Below are positions 50,601 to 64,000 of a stretch of DNA of 64,000 bases, one piece after another (position 1 is the stretch's first letter; the number at the start of each line of letters is the position of its first letter). Both the position numbers and the translations under genes were made by a program. Source of the DNA: Sphagnum compactum (Eukaryota). The notes under the pieces are model-generated. The model was not told where the DNA came from. It saw nothing but the letters and a program-made list of their open reading frames with translations, and made no database searches. The DNA lies in assembly GCA_965153455.1 (NCBI GenBank), contig OZ234494.1, positions 7,130,001 through 7,194,000 of the forward strand, in the 5' to 3' direction.

Positions 50601-52990
50601 AAATTATAATAACTTAATTGGATGACCAAAAAGGAATGTTTTCTAAAACTTACAATAGCTTCTTTGTGTTAAACATTCTTGTTTTAAGGCTTTCTTGAGG
50701 GAGTTATGTAGGTTGTTCACACCAAACTCAGCAACTAAAGCCATCATCTATTCATTTGGTTTTCCAAAGCCCCAAGAAGCCCACCATTTTGGATGAAACA
50801 ACTCTTTACACACACAACACTTATTTTCCTCTTTGCATAACTAACCTTAATAAAAAGGGTGGTATGTATGCTTACTAGAAGCAATAGTCACATCATAAAA
50901 TGTAAATCACTAGCTTTTGCAATAACCACATGGTTTTAAAAGAATGTAAACTGAAGCAAAATCTTCATTAGTTGGGGGAATTGGGTGTAGAATTGGCTTA
51001 AGCCAAAAAGATAAACCTCTTCCTTGCTGCATTTCCTCCAATTGTTGTTGAACAACTTGAATTTTGTGATCCAGGTTTGTAAGATCTTTTAATACTGACA
51101 CAATGTCAAAATCAACTTTCCACACATCCAACTCTATATCTTGGAAGACATTTTCACCTTGCATTGCAATTTGTCATTTATCTTCCAATAAAGTGCGAGA
51201 AATATCAAGTTTTCTTTTTAGGATTTGGAGGTTTGCATTTACCACCTCCGTCTCCTTAAACAAGGCCTCCTTTGAGGCATCATGCTCAATCATGCTTATA
51301 ACCTACAAACCCGCATGTCACCAACCTTGAACATTAAACAATGATCTACAACTTAAAATTGTCTGAACTTTGCAAATTCACCCTAAATCTAGAATGATTC
51401 AATGAAAGAGTTTACATGTATTATATAATCATGAACCTTGTTGGGTAAATGCACAGTATGGTGGCTCACTTTAAAAATAATTGTATTCCATAAAAGTTCA
51501 CATTCTAGTGTTAAATTTTTAATTTTATGTGGTACCATTGGTTAAATGGTAATAAAATCCATGTATTAAAAGCAGTAAAGTTCATATTAATAGGAGCCCA
51601 AGTAAAAATTCCAAATATGTGCATTGTTGATTTTTTTTTTTGAAATTGAATAAAAAACAACAATGCTATGGACTTATGAAAATACAAGTTAATTAAAGGC
51701 ATCAAAAGTTCATAAGTAGAATTTGGCTATGATTTTTAAGGAAAATTTTCACATAAAAATGTATTATTTCATTCTAACTCATATGCTAAGTCACTATAGA
51801 TAATTTTGAATAAAATTTAAGATGAACCTTTCAATTTTCTATCATTCCAATCAACCGAACAATCCATAATTTTGAACTTCAAAAGTCCATTACTATTAGC
51901 ATATGAACTTTTTATCAATAAAAAACTACACAAATATCTTCATAATAATTTTTTTAGTTTACATTCAATTACCAATTAATAGATTTAAAAATATACTACT
52001 CACCATATGCCTTTGAACAAGGGGTACCTAGTAAAAAACACCATTGTGACACCAAAAGTGAGCCACCATACCTTGCATTCACCACATCTCTAAGTTCATT
52101 GAGTTGTTGGAAAAGACATTCAAACTCTTGCTCATCAATATTCAAGCGTTTTTGAGCATCTGTTAATAATTTCCTCTTGTCCATTAAAAATAAAGGTGAC
52201 CCTATCAACTTGGCTTTGATTTTTTTCGTGTGAATCCAAGTGTTAAAGTTTCCATCTTGTCTGAGATAGTAACTTAACTAAAATTTCGTACACCTCTTGA
52301 ACCTGAGTTACGTTGCTAGGTTTGATTCTAAAAGGGGCACTAGATGCCAAAAATTGGAGAAATCAAATTCCCATTTTCAAAGTCCTGCTTAAACAAAATG
52401 CCAAGTTTTTGTTTCATATGTGCCTTCATACACTGAGTGACAACAACATCCTCTATACTAGAGGCCAAATTGACATCAGTGCTTGCACTACGACTCACCA
52501 ACAAACCATGAGTTCATTTCCAATTTGCTATCTCCTCCCTTCTTAACTTCTCTTTTGTATAGAAGCGGTTGCGCATGCTTTCGCCAAATTTATGTATATA
52601 CCTTTCTCTTGAGCAATGTGCCTTTGACAAACCAAAGATAAAACTCATTGTTGGTAACATTGGTAATGCCAAAATATTGCAAATATAAATGAAGTAACTC
52701 CAACCTAATGTTGGGATCAAGATCGAGATTTGTGGTTCTAAAGACTTGTGATTTTCCAAAAACCTCTACGATGTCCTCATTAATCACATGCACATTGGTG
52801 ATTTGGGTTTTGGGGTTCAAACCCTTATTGTTCAATTTTCTGACAAATGCAAAAAATTCCTATGTTTGGAATTTCTAGTCTACTTTTTCCCAAGTTTAGA
52901 CTTTTCCCAATATCTTTTTAAGTCGCGTGGCATTTTGTTGGACTTTGGAACAATTTATCACAATGTTGTTGAAACGAAAAAGGCTTTTTA
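47650..52990 (-). pseudogene. Decayed multi-exon, probably transposon-associated gene
   Basis: Scattered minus-strand fragments with stops/frameshifts (e.g. ...VTNNEFYLWFVKG... at 52590-52835; coiled-coil-like pieces at 51996-52208 and 50910-51164) with splice-like boundaries; family not identified. Confidence 0.35.
49550..50235. repeat. Higher-order tandem repeat, ~122-bp unit built of three ~40-bp subunits
   Basis: (T/C)(G/A)AATTCATGG recurs at 49708, 49829, 49951 and 50074 (spacing 121-123); shared subunit motifs AAGGAATCA(A/T)CTACT and AACAAAGCA. Confidence 0.85.
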
Positions 52991-53012
52991 AACCTAAAGC
53001 AAGAGGGTCATG

Positions 53013-55317
53013 CACTATTAGAAATTTTGGGTTTTGCAACTGTCATTTGCAACTAAAATGTAACTACATGCAACTTCAACTTTGTGTAGTTGCCTAAGAC
53101 ATTCAGTTACATGCGACACTACGTATGCCACATGTATATATGGTGCTAATATACATGTTCATCCATACATACTAATCCAAATGTAGTTGCACCTTATGTG
53201 CAACTTTCCTTGCAACTACAATGTAACTAATAAAAATATGACATGTGTTTAAAAATTGGACAACTAACTTGTGGACACGTGTCACTATTTAATTATTTTT
53301 GTGTTTTCAAAATTAAAAATTCATTGGATTAATCTCAATCATTAAAGTTTCTACCACTAAGATGATGACACGTGGCACACCATGGAACCCTCATTGACCA
53401 TTTGACACACGTCCTTTTAAACACCAATTATATGATGACATGTGGCAATTAAGGTCCGCCTATTTTTAATTTTAATATATTAATAAATGAAATTAAAGTT
53501 GTCCAATTTATTTATTCATCCCCAATTTAGTTGCACATTAGATGCAACTAATGTATTAGAGCATAGCAGCCAGGGGAGGGTTTTGTTGCTTTTGGTGTCC
53601 AAACAAAACTTGAAGCCCTCTTCTTGGTGCATCTAACACATTAAGAATCGTCAAAAATAGATTAGAAATGAGAAAGTTATGCCCCCCCAAAGTAAAGGGG
53701 GTCAAAAACTAAAAAAAAACCACTGAACATTACAAAGGCCGATTCTTAAACACCCAGAAAGTTCCTTTTATGTTGTTTTTTTGTTATTAAAGTTCCATCA
53801 TGATTGTAGAACTTTAAATGGCGTCCCTATAACATTTTAAATCATTCAAAATGAATAAAAATAAGAAAGTTATGAGGTTTGAAAGTAGGAGAGATCCAAA
53901 GAAAAAAAAAAAACGTTTTGTAACTTGGAAATTTATTTTTCTTATTTTTCTTTAGTTTTCTTCTTATTAACTTTTCTTTTGCACTTCAAAGATGATTGTA
54001 GAATATTTTTAATAATTATGATTACTTAATGAAAATATGGTTTTAACATTATTATTAGCTTAAACTAGTAATTAACTTAAGATGTTTGTGTACTTGTAGG
54101 TTAATTCGTGTAGCCTATTTACATTAATATTTTAACATAAATAATAAAATTTAAATATATAATACCTATTGATATTATATATATATACAATTGATTATCA
54201 TTATAATTATAATAAACATTTAATTGATAATTATAAATATTAATTATAAATTTATTATCATATTAATTGATTTTGAATAATGTTTTTCTTTAATCAAATT
54301 TACATTTTCTGAAAAAGATTCCAAATAAAATAAAATAAAAAAGTTTTACTTGCCAAACAAATATTTAAATATATTTGACAAATGAAATTTAAAAACTTGC
54401 AATATATATTTAAACCATGGTTTAGTTTAACTTAAATTAAATTACTATAATTTAATTTAGCCATAATTGATTTAGCCATTTTTAGTTTTAATTTAATTTA
54501 ATTTACCCTTGAATATTTTAGCCTAACTTAATTTAGCCATAATTGGTTTAGCCTAATTTAATTTAGCCATAATTATTTCATGCTAATTTAATTTAGCCAT
54601 ATTTAACTTAACCATAAATAATTTAGCCTAACTTTATTTAGCCATAATTAGTTTGGCCTAACTTAATTTAACCATATTTATTTTAGCCTAATTTATTTTA
54701 GCCATAATTAATATACTTTAATTTATTTTAACCATAAATAATTTAGCCTAACTTAATTTAGCCATAATTATTTTGGCCTAACTTAATTTAGCCATAATTA
54801 GTTTAGCCTAATAAATTTAGCCACGGTTAGTTTTAGCTTGATTTAATTTAGCCATAAATATTTTAGCCTAATAAATTTAGCAATGGTTAATTGTAGCCAT
54901 AATTATTTTAGCCTAACTTAGTTTAATTATGGTTAGTTTAGCCTAATTTAATTTAGCCATGGTTAGTTTAACTTTTTAGTTTATTTAGCCTAGGTTATTT
55001 TAGCTTAGGTTAGTTTAGGTTAGCCTAAGTTAACATGGGGTTAACCTTAGAGGCACATAATATCATTATACATAGCCTATGTAAATATATTAAGTATAAT
55101 AATTTAAGTATGTATAAGTTTAGGCCATCATTTTTATGACACGTGTCCATGTAGAACACATTTAGTTGCACGTTAGTTGCACACACAACCGTATGGTTGA
55201 AAAATTATACAATACCAAATTTATAGTTGCAAACATGATTGAGATAGTTACAAACGACAACTAGTTGCATGCCAGTTGCATAATGACTAATTGCAAATGA
55301 CATGATTTCTAGTATTG
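53013..55317. mobile_element. Complete non-autonomous CACTA (En/Spm)-type element, 2305 bp
   Basis: Left end CACTATTAGAAAT; right end ATTTCTAGTATTG (reverse complement CAATACTAGAAAT); identical 3-bp flanks ATG (53010-53012 and 55318-55320); subterminal TGCAACT (mostly left) and AGTTGCA (right) motifs; no transposase ORF. Confidence 0.85.
54440..55030. repeat. 30-bp AT-rich minisatellite (two ~15-bp subunits TTTAGCCATAATTA / TTTAGCCTAACTTA) inside the CACTA element
   Basis: (G/A)CCATA recurs at 54611, 54641, 54671, 54701, 54731, 54761 and 54791. Confidence 0.9.
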
Positions 55318-57069
55318 ATGCCTAAGTTCCATTCACGATTAGGGTACTAAAAAAAGGAAAAAGGATTGGACAAGACTTTCTTAGAGCTACTTTCTACAAA
55401 TAACATTTACATGAAACAAATTATAGTGAGAAAAATTAAATAGTCCAAAATAAGATGATTCATATGGTGGCAGTGATAAATTTCACATGGACTAAATGTT
55501 CCTTTTGATTTTTGTTAATTATGTTTGGTAGTAAAAATAATAATAATTTATGATTCAAAATTATATAAAATAATGAAGTTATTGTGCTAGAGAGTTTCCC
55601 TCAAAGTTTACATGGCATGCACTTATTTATCAAAATTTTCATCAATTCCAAAGAATAGTTAATTTGTGCCCTTGGAATCAATATAGGTACTACAATATAT
55701 ACTTAACCACTTTCCCTTGTGCATTTACATGGATATGAAAGATATAACATAAATAAATCTTTCATAGTTTAAACCCTAAATTGAGAGAGAGAATTTTTCT
55801 TAGTTTGAAACTTTGAGCAATGAAATCCAACTCACTTAAATTTAAAAAATCACCCCAATTTTTGACCTTGTAAACCTTGGAATGAACTTTTTGTCCAAAA
55901 TGATTTGTCACTTGATTTAGCATAATTTTGTAGGTTGATTGAGGTTGACATGCTCTTATCATATCTTCAATTTGTATTTATGTATTCACAATGGTACAAG
56001 TTTTGTCTCATGATTGTATTTTGTTCTTGAACATTGTTCATGTAGACACCACATACACGAACCTACATGGAAACATGAACATAACAATTTTTCCTCTAAA
56101 GTTCTATGCAATAGGTACTTGGAAGGAGGAAATATAGGAGGAAAATGGTCCAAATTCATGCCAATCAATCATCATAATCAAGCCATTGGATGCTGGATTG
56201 GTTTGGAAAAATTAACCCAGAAAGAAAACTAACAGAAAAATTTGGGAGAGATGATTAGAAGCAATCCACACACATATTCTCCCATAATTGCACTACCAAA
56301 TATGAAAGTCACATACACAAAAATCCCCAATACCACATGTTGATAAAAGAAATATTAAGTGGGAAAAAAAAGTAAACATTTTCCTTATTATGAAGAATAT
56401 GTTATACAAATAGTTCCTTGGGGATTCATTTCATTATGCTTGATCCTTGCAAGTCACAAGAATTACATCATCTTGCATACACCTATATCTATTACCGATA
56501 TTTTGCATCACCACAAAATCTACAAGAAAACTTTGGTTTCACAACAATCTACATCACATCAAGATTGATCCCATAGCAACCTTGATCCAAATTTCTCATC
56601 AACTTTGATATGAAGCAAACTTCCCCCAAGATAACACATTACATTTAAACAACATAAGCTCTCCCTCATGAGCAGGCCTCTCCCTCATCCTTCAATGTAG
56701 TACCACCATGTAACTTCAAATGGCTCTACAATGTGCCATTGTGAAGACCTTGTACACAAGAGGGGTAAGACAATTGGGACCTCATTAAATGGTATCATCT
56801 CAAAACTTTAAGTCTAATAGGATTCATCTTGGGATGACTTCTACAAAGGAAGAACTATTTCCTTAGAAAACATTCATTTTCATTGAGGAAGATTTCTCCA
56901 CCCTTGACTCCATTTTGGGAAAGTGACTCACTTACTAGAAAAGCTATGGTCAACAAATGTTATTGCGACACTTTGTCTGTGACACATTATTTGTGACACC
57001 CATGACATTGGAGATGATGGTACATAGAGAACAAAAGGAACTTGGTTGCTTTAGAAAGTTAGCGGTGAG

Positions 57070-60000
57070 TTAGGGTTGTGACGGTGATCGAAAAGAAGGG
57101 TAAGCATGAATTTTTTTGTGATTGGATTGCCTCAGACTAGGGTGAAGGTTGAGAAGATAATTAGACATAAAATCGTGTCGTGTTAGAAGCCCAAGTATGG
57201 GTTGCCCCTACAAAAACCACAAAACACAAAACATCATTAGTCAAAAGCTTTCTTAAAATGCAAAGCATTAGGAGAAATTGCCTAGTTTATTTTACGGAAA
57301 TCAACTTATATCCATGAATATCTTTCTTAGAAAAGAGGGATCAAGTTACACCTCCTCTTTAAGGGTGGCATGGTAATTACTCCTACATATAGGTGTAAGA
57401 TCCCTCCCATTTTTAAGGAGTAGGTGTACTTGAACTTAAGTTCATGATAACATTCTTCTCATGTTTTACAATGGGTAAAGTTCACAAGGTGGAGGATATT
57501 CCCAAAATGCATGGCCGAACTGATTGGCTATCGCCTCATCTTAGGCCCCTTTGTTTGGGAATGTCTTCAACCTTAGGGCTTTACCCTATAGTGAACTTAC
57601 CCATGAAACCCAAATAACAAATTTTTAAATCTAAAGCCAACAATCCTAAAATATTAGGCCAAATTAAAATTACACCAAATATTCAAAATCAATATGTATA
57701 ATACCTCTGAAGACTTGGGCATAACACAGAGATGGCGGAGACCAAGTTGTCGAAACAAAATGTAAGCTTTGGCGAGTGACATGGTTTCCACCACAGTATA
57801 GGGTGAAGTATTTGTGATTGGATGCAAATCCAAAAACATTTCCTCCTCACCGATGTCCAAGTGAATATCATGGATTTTCACCCCCTTCCCAGATCCTGGC
57901 TTGGCAAATTCTGCTGATGACAAACGTCCATGGACTTGTGGCAAATTATTATGTCCCCACTCTCTACTTTCTATGAATTGCTTCTTCTTCAACAATACCA
58001 ATAGATGTGATCTGAGCACAAGGCCACAAAAGATTGGTTGTTTCCGTTCATCTTTTCCATCGTTGAAAGTATTATCTATGACAGGGAAACCATTATGCTT
58101 TGTGGAACGAAGCACCTCCAGAATTGTACCAACACGTTCTATTCCAGAAAACCACACCAAAGGGCCTGTAATGGCATCACGGGCTGTCAAATGTTGCATA
58201 AAGGACAATGGGTGTTCTTCTAGGAATGGGATGTCTTTAATTTGGACATGGAGTTGGTAAACTGCATCATTAAACCCATCCCCAACTGTCTTTGATACCA
58301 ACAACACAAGCATGATAAGGGGGAGCAATGACAAATTGTTGGTTAACTCCAGAAGAATAATGCAAAGAGAGACAGTCATCCTCATGGAACCCCCAAGAAA
58401 TGAGGCAGCTCCTAAAAGAGCATAAATGCCTTCATCCATTGAACTCGGCCCATATACTATTCTCATTGCCATGCCCATGATGCGTCCGTAAGTTGCCCCA
58501 CATAAAATTGCTGGAACAAATAGACCCGATGGCACTGCTATTCCATATGTCAACAATGCAAGTGAATAAGCTGTCACAAGATATATGAGGAGTGAGGAGA
58601 ATGCAAACTCCCCATTTGTTCCCTTGCTAAATAAGTTACGAATTGTGTCATCATTGGTGTTAAAAAACAAGCCAGCGAGATCATTGTAGGTGTTTGCAGG
58701 GCAATGAAATGCTTTGAAGTTGGGAGTGCGGCCATGTGTAGGGCACTTTGGTTCATCAGGGAATCCAATAGTTGTTGGACAAGGTTGGCATGTTGCCAAC
58801 CATGGTAAACCAAAACTACAAATCGATGTAATTAAAGCCACAACAATTGCTTGTGCAATTTTGGCACACTTCCCTTTCCTGATACAACAATAAAACCACC
58901 ACACTATCATTTAGCAGATACTTGGAGCTCAACTATGAAGGGCAAGTACAATGGCATATATGTTTGAAAGAAGAGAGTTTCTCACATGCAAAGTTATTAA
59001 CATTTGTCCCATCATATTAGTCACATTAGTTTGGATGCTAATAAGGTCAAACACACTTAAAGATGGTGGGCTTCAATTCCCAAAATTGGTTCCAACATGA
59101 GCCCTTAATGCAATTTCATAAGTTTCCATGAAGGGTTCAACAACCAACCAAGTTAAGAAAATTCCTAAAGTTCCCAAATTAATCGGTTACAACATGAGCC
59201 AATCCAATCCTTTAAGTTTCCATTACGGGTTAAGCTACGACCAGGTTAATAAAACTTAGAGACTTACTTTTGGAGCCAACGTTTGCTGGACATGATTATG
59301 GTGCCATTGATTTGGTTGAAAAGGCTTCCCAACACACCTCCCACAACTCCCAATATGACTACTGGCAAGAGGTCTTGTAGCCCAGAATTCAAGTCTGGGT
59401 TTCCACCACTATCTGATGGGTTTCCGCTAACATCAAAGATGATCAAGCCACCTTCTCCTGACAACCCACAATGTCCTTGCTTGCACCATACAATTCCTGT
59501 GCGAAGGACGACAGCCACCACAGCTGTTGTGAAAAATGTTCTCCATAGTAGGGGACCTCGCCACCTGTTGTATATTAGCATCCACCACCTCATTTCCATG
59601 AGCCCCTTTCACCGTGCCATAAGTCTGTAATTTATGACCCATTTTGAAAACATGGGATTGTAACAACAACATAAGAAATCAAACAAGTAATTAAATATCA
59701 AAAAAATTTGAGCTTCTTTCTATGTTTATAATTTAAGATTGCAAAATTGGGGCCTGAAATTAGTACTCGTACCAAGAAGTGACCTCTTCCAATGCAAACA
59801 ATACACCACCAACAGGTGCACGAAAAGCAGCAGCAACTCCTGCTGCTGCACCACATGTGACAAGATCACGACGATCTCTGTCATTCTTGAGATATCGCAA
59901 CCATTTCCATGTCATACCATATCGGACTGATCCCCCTTGACCTAGTATTGATGCAATGCAAGCACCCACATGCACCAATGGCCCTTCCTTCCCTACTATT

Positions 60001-62376
60001 AATCCTCCTGCCACCGACCCGATACTCCCAAGTATCTGCACAAAATTGGGACTACATCTAGTGTCAAAAAGTAGTAATAAGTAAGGTTTCACTGATTTTA
60101 AAACTTAAAAAAATTTTGTATTGAGTTAATTTAGGCTTTAAAAATAAAATAAAATATATAAACCATGAATATGCAAATGATTCATAATTGTGTTTTGGTA
60201 TCAACGTACACCAATAATTTTATAAAGATTGTTAAAAAACCTTGTTTTGTTTGTTTACACCGTATAATAACCATGCATTGTATGGGCATGCATTTACCCA
60301 AGCAAGGTTCTTGAAACGAGGCACGGGTGCGAAAGCTCTCACCTTCACAATAAGTGTCTGAAATGAGAAAACATTGGGTGTATCTACACCGTTCAAGTAG
60401 GCCTTAACTTCAGGGATCCCAGAGCCTGCTGCTGAAGGGCCTACATACACGCAAAGCAATGCCGCTAGCACGACCAATATTGAATTTACTCCAGCATACA
60501 CTAGAAATGCCAAGGCAAACCTGTAGGCATGTGGTTGTAGCTTTGTTAATTGATTTGCTATGTCTTTTGCCTCAATTAATGAACTCAAATAATATGGTCA
60601 TTGCACACATGTACATGCCCAAATAGATATGAATTGTGAAGTCAAATCTCTTTTGGCATAAGTTAAATGCAACCAAGTTTTAACAACATCAAGAAGTAGA
60701 CCTAGGGACTCAGCTTAGACATTGAGTTGCGGCTGGGATCATTGTCAAATATGATGATGAAATGTGAAGATGATTGATTACCTCTGGGATGTCATGAAGT
60801 TGAGAGTGTAAACAAATTTAAGGCCGGCCACATTTTCAACAGCCATGTTGATACCGAAGGCAACAAGGCCAGTGAGTAAACCCACAAGGAACACAAATGT
60901 CCATTTCACTATTACATACTGCAAAGTCTCTAAACGCTTCCTGGATCGCCAATCTTGTTTGAAGAGATCATTCTCTATTAGCCTGCGCATGCATGATGAA
61001 CATTAAAAAAACCCATCAAAATTTGTAGAGATTTTAATGCACAATGCACCAGGTAGGTTCCCAGATTCCCAAACATGTGAGATTAATTCTCTTTTGTAAT
61101 ACCCATTGAACCAATTCAATAGATTTAAGTTCTAACATGATGTATAAGAAGAAGCTACTATAGAGATCTATATTAGGGTGAAAACACATTCAAAGGAACC
61201 ACAAAGGGCATCGAATGTCAAATTTTGTCATAAAAAATTAGAGATTTATTTAGTTTTGACCATTTGAAACCATGGTAATCATGGCACATTATTCTTTTTC
61301 AACACACAAAAATGTTAAAAAATCAAATTCAAAATCCGTTTGATTCAATTTTAGGTTTTGGTTTAGTTAAGGACTTTTGAAAGTGAAATTTTTTGTTATT
61401 AATTTTTTTTTTTTACAAAGGAGTTTCAAAGGATTCATATAATAAAAGTAATTTGATGGTAAAAAATTTGAGATGATAAAATGTATTAGACACACTGTAA
61501 AAAAATTTACAATTTCAAAAATTCTAAAACTTTGAAAATTCAAAGTATGTACACTTGAAATTTTATAATTTCAAAACTTCAAGAGTCCTTTACCACATAA
61601 AAATGGGGTATAATGTAGATAATGTATTGAACAAAGTTTGTAGTTTATATTACATTAAATTCAACTTAAAAAATTAACATTTTTTGGTACAATTTCAAAT
61701 TATCATCTTTTTTGAGGATGAAACATAGAATTTACAAAAAAAATCTATACAGTTTTGCAAATTCATATTTATTAAAAAAATGATTAAGAATTTTTTTTTG
61801 ACTTATTGGGGGCAATTCTAATCATTTCTCATAACAAGTTGGAAAAAAAGTCATTCAAAAATTCATTTGTATGAAAAAGTTGTTTTGAGAAAAAAAAGAC
61901 ATGCAATTCTAATGTAAAGTAATGCTTGCAGCTCCTTTGAGTGCATTTTGACTCATCACGCAATCTATATGTATAGAAGCAACAAAACAAAAAACTTTAG
62001 ACACCCACAATGTGAATTTGCTTTATAATCAAGACCCCAAGTTTTGAAATTTTCTAATGCTGAAGAATGTTGGATCAAGTCATCAACACCCAAGTATTCT
62101 AGCTACATGACTTCTGGAGGTTTGATGATCAGAGGAAATTTTATGATCTAGAGCAAGAACTTACTCGTAATCAAGGCTTTCGATGGGCGAAACCTTGGCT
62201 CCAATCATGGCCAAATGGTTGATGCCATGATTCCCCTTTCCAATAGCTGAAGGTTCATGCAAATCTAAAGCAAGACTTGCTGCTTTCTCTGAGTCCTTGT
62301 CAAAGAGTAGGGGTTGGTACAAATCAAGCTGTGGTGGATGCTCAGCAACCTCCACACGATCCCCATTTATGTCCAT
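57070..62376 (-). CDS. CLC: CLC-family chloride/proton exchanger (CLC-c-like), ~820 aa, 7 exons, with C-terminal CBS domains
   Basis: Phase-consistent exons 62376-62165, 60982-60782, 60520-60343, 60035-59773, 59564-59268, 58878-57705, 57207-57070. Motifs IESLDYE, GSGIPEVKAYLNG, GKEGP, FALEE, PSGLFVP, GGSMRMTVSL, HNGFPVI, FRQLGLRHL, LTRHDF. Confidence 0.97.
57341..57433. mobile_element. Foldback element 1 in the last CLC intron
   Basis: tcaagttacacctcctctttaagggtgg pairs imperfectly with ccatttttaaggagtaggtgtacttga. Confidence 0.6.
57471..57604. mobile_element. Foldback element 2 in the last CLC intron
   Basis: Outer arms atgggtaaagttcac / gtgaacttacccat; inner arms aaggtggaggatattcccaaa / tttgggaatgtcttcaacctt. 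Confidence 0.65.
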
Positions 62377-64000
62377 TCTTCAAATTTTCCCACAACCCAA
62401 ATCACTGAACTTCACAAACTCTCTCCACAAATTTTTCACACTCCCCAACACAGCCACAAACTCCCAATTCAGATGAAACCCAACTACGAAGAACAGAGAG
62501 TCTGATGACTCTTGCTCAATACTACACCAGCTTCCATGCAACAAAAATCAGAAAAAAAAGAGAGAGAAAAAGACTATCCCTCTGAATGATATGCACACAT
62601 TCTCTACTGATTTCAATGCAAAAGAGGTCTGGTGGAAAAAAAAACACTAGAGAACTCTGCAGCAAGAGCAAAGAAGCCGAGTCATAACCAATTAGTAGTA
62701 CTACACAAGGACTACACAAGGTAAATTGAACACATTTGTTGTGAAAATGTGCATTAGAAATGTAGTCTGAGAAAGAGTGAGTTGGAGAAAAATTGTTGGG
62801 ATTTAAACTAAGAATTGTTGCAGCTCAATTGCATCAACAGTAGTAGCTAAGATCTACGTTTGAAAATAAAAGAAAAAGAAGTCATCCAAATGGAAATGTG
62901 TGCTTTTAGAAAAACCAAGCAGTGCCAGAAAGTGAAGAAAGAGGAGCCGTGGCTTTTCTTTTCCTTTTTCTTTAATAGACAGGCTCGATTTTCCAAAAAG
63001 CCTGCCATCATTTTTTCATGGCATTGCAAAAACCCTTTTTTCAAAAGAGTGCGACGATTTTTTTTTTATGCTGTGTAAATCCAACCCTGCAGGCTTTACC
63101 CTACAGGAGCTTTCATGTTTCAAAAAGAGAAAGAGAAGACCTTGCTTGGTTTAAGCCAAAGTCTGTTGGAACTTTGGGCCTTCACTTTTTGACTCTCAAA
63201 CCAAGCCGGTGCCAATACCACCAGGTTTCCACCATATCTCTGGATATGCATTTACGTTTTTTTCACTTTGTTGTTGGTCTCTCAGTAGATTTTATTTTAT
63301 TTTTTTTCCTGGCGAATTTTCAGCACTTGGCAACCAAAACAAATCCAGCGCCAATTATACAAAGGATTTTTGTGCAAGAAATGCACCAAAGGAGCTAGAT
63401 TTCTTCAAGGGAATTTTTTTATGAAATAGCTGTCTTTCGATACTGGATTTCAGCAAGTTGCCACAAAATATAGCAGAATTCTTCATTTTTTCTACTTTTC
63501 TCTCTGACCTGTAGCCAAACTTGGCTACAATTTGTTGAATAAAAACAATTGTGTACACAAGCCAAAGCAGACAGCTCAGTAGACAAAAAGCCTGTTTCCT
63601 GCATGGACAAAACTTTTTATGGTCAATGAACACCCATGCGGCCTGCACCTCAAAAGCTGCTGTGCAAAGGAACACACCATTGTTAAGAGTTTTTCAATGC
63701 CTTCTTTTCTCCTTTTTGGAAAGGAGAAAGATGCCTACAAGCATCAAAAAGGGCAAAATGTGGGGTGCAATGCAAACCCCATCACTAACCTGGCCTCACA
63801 CAACAGGAAGTCTCCACTCTCCACCAGTGTTGGGCAGGTCTTTGATTTTGGACCAAACACCCACTGGAGGGTTAGACATGGTATATAGGAATATATAACT
63901 GGCAGAGGCCAAAATTTGAAACACTTGCCCCCAGCAAATAGAATTTTTGTGGTACCTGCACTTGACTCCTACCCAGCAAAATATCTTAAATTCAAATTAC

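Noticed and set aside
49550-55030. Regularly spaced repeats as possible CRISPR arrays
   Set aside because: No unique spacers, degenerate units, eukaryotic context and no cas genes.
59095-59260. ~96-bp imperfect tandem duplication in CLC intron 5
   Set aside because: Real but diverged, with no sign of function.

Overview
Eukaryotic land-plant genomic DNA. The intron style, AT-rich decayed-TE intergenic DNA and repeat types suggest a moss, possibly Sphagnum (inference). It holds four complete protein-coding genes and one partial: the 3' end of an unknown gene (+, <1-175); a 15-exon P-type PPR gene with a mitochondrial-like transit peptide (+, 7627-14182); an unusual ~1022-aa gene (-, 20079-24142) combining an RBR-type RING1, an IBR-like zinc module, a heptad tryptophan repeat and a BIRC6/BRUCE-like helical block but no visible RING2 or UBC; a CDPK with an intronless CDS and a degenerate first EF-hand (-, 36700-38277); and a 7-exon CLC anion/H+ exchanger (-, 57070-62376). 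Intergenic DNA contains a complete non-autonomous Helitron, a complete CACTA-type element with a 3-bp TSD and an internal 30-bp satellite, several foldback/MITE-like elements, a tandem duplication, a ~122-bp higher-order tandem repeat, a tRNA-like relic and eroded retroelement fragments. The most novel-looking signals are the RING/IBR-Trp-heptad-BIRC6-like protein and a tandemly duplicated uORF (MAVKKK[K]I*) ahead of the PPR gene whose copies differ only by synonymous changes and one whole codon. Gene models were built by hand from GT/GC-AG sites and reading-frame phase; no database searches were run.
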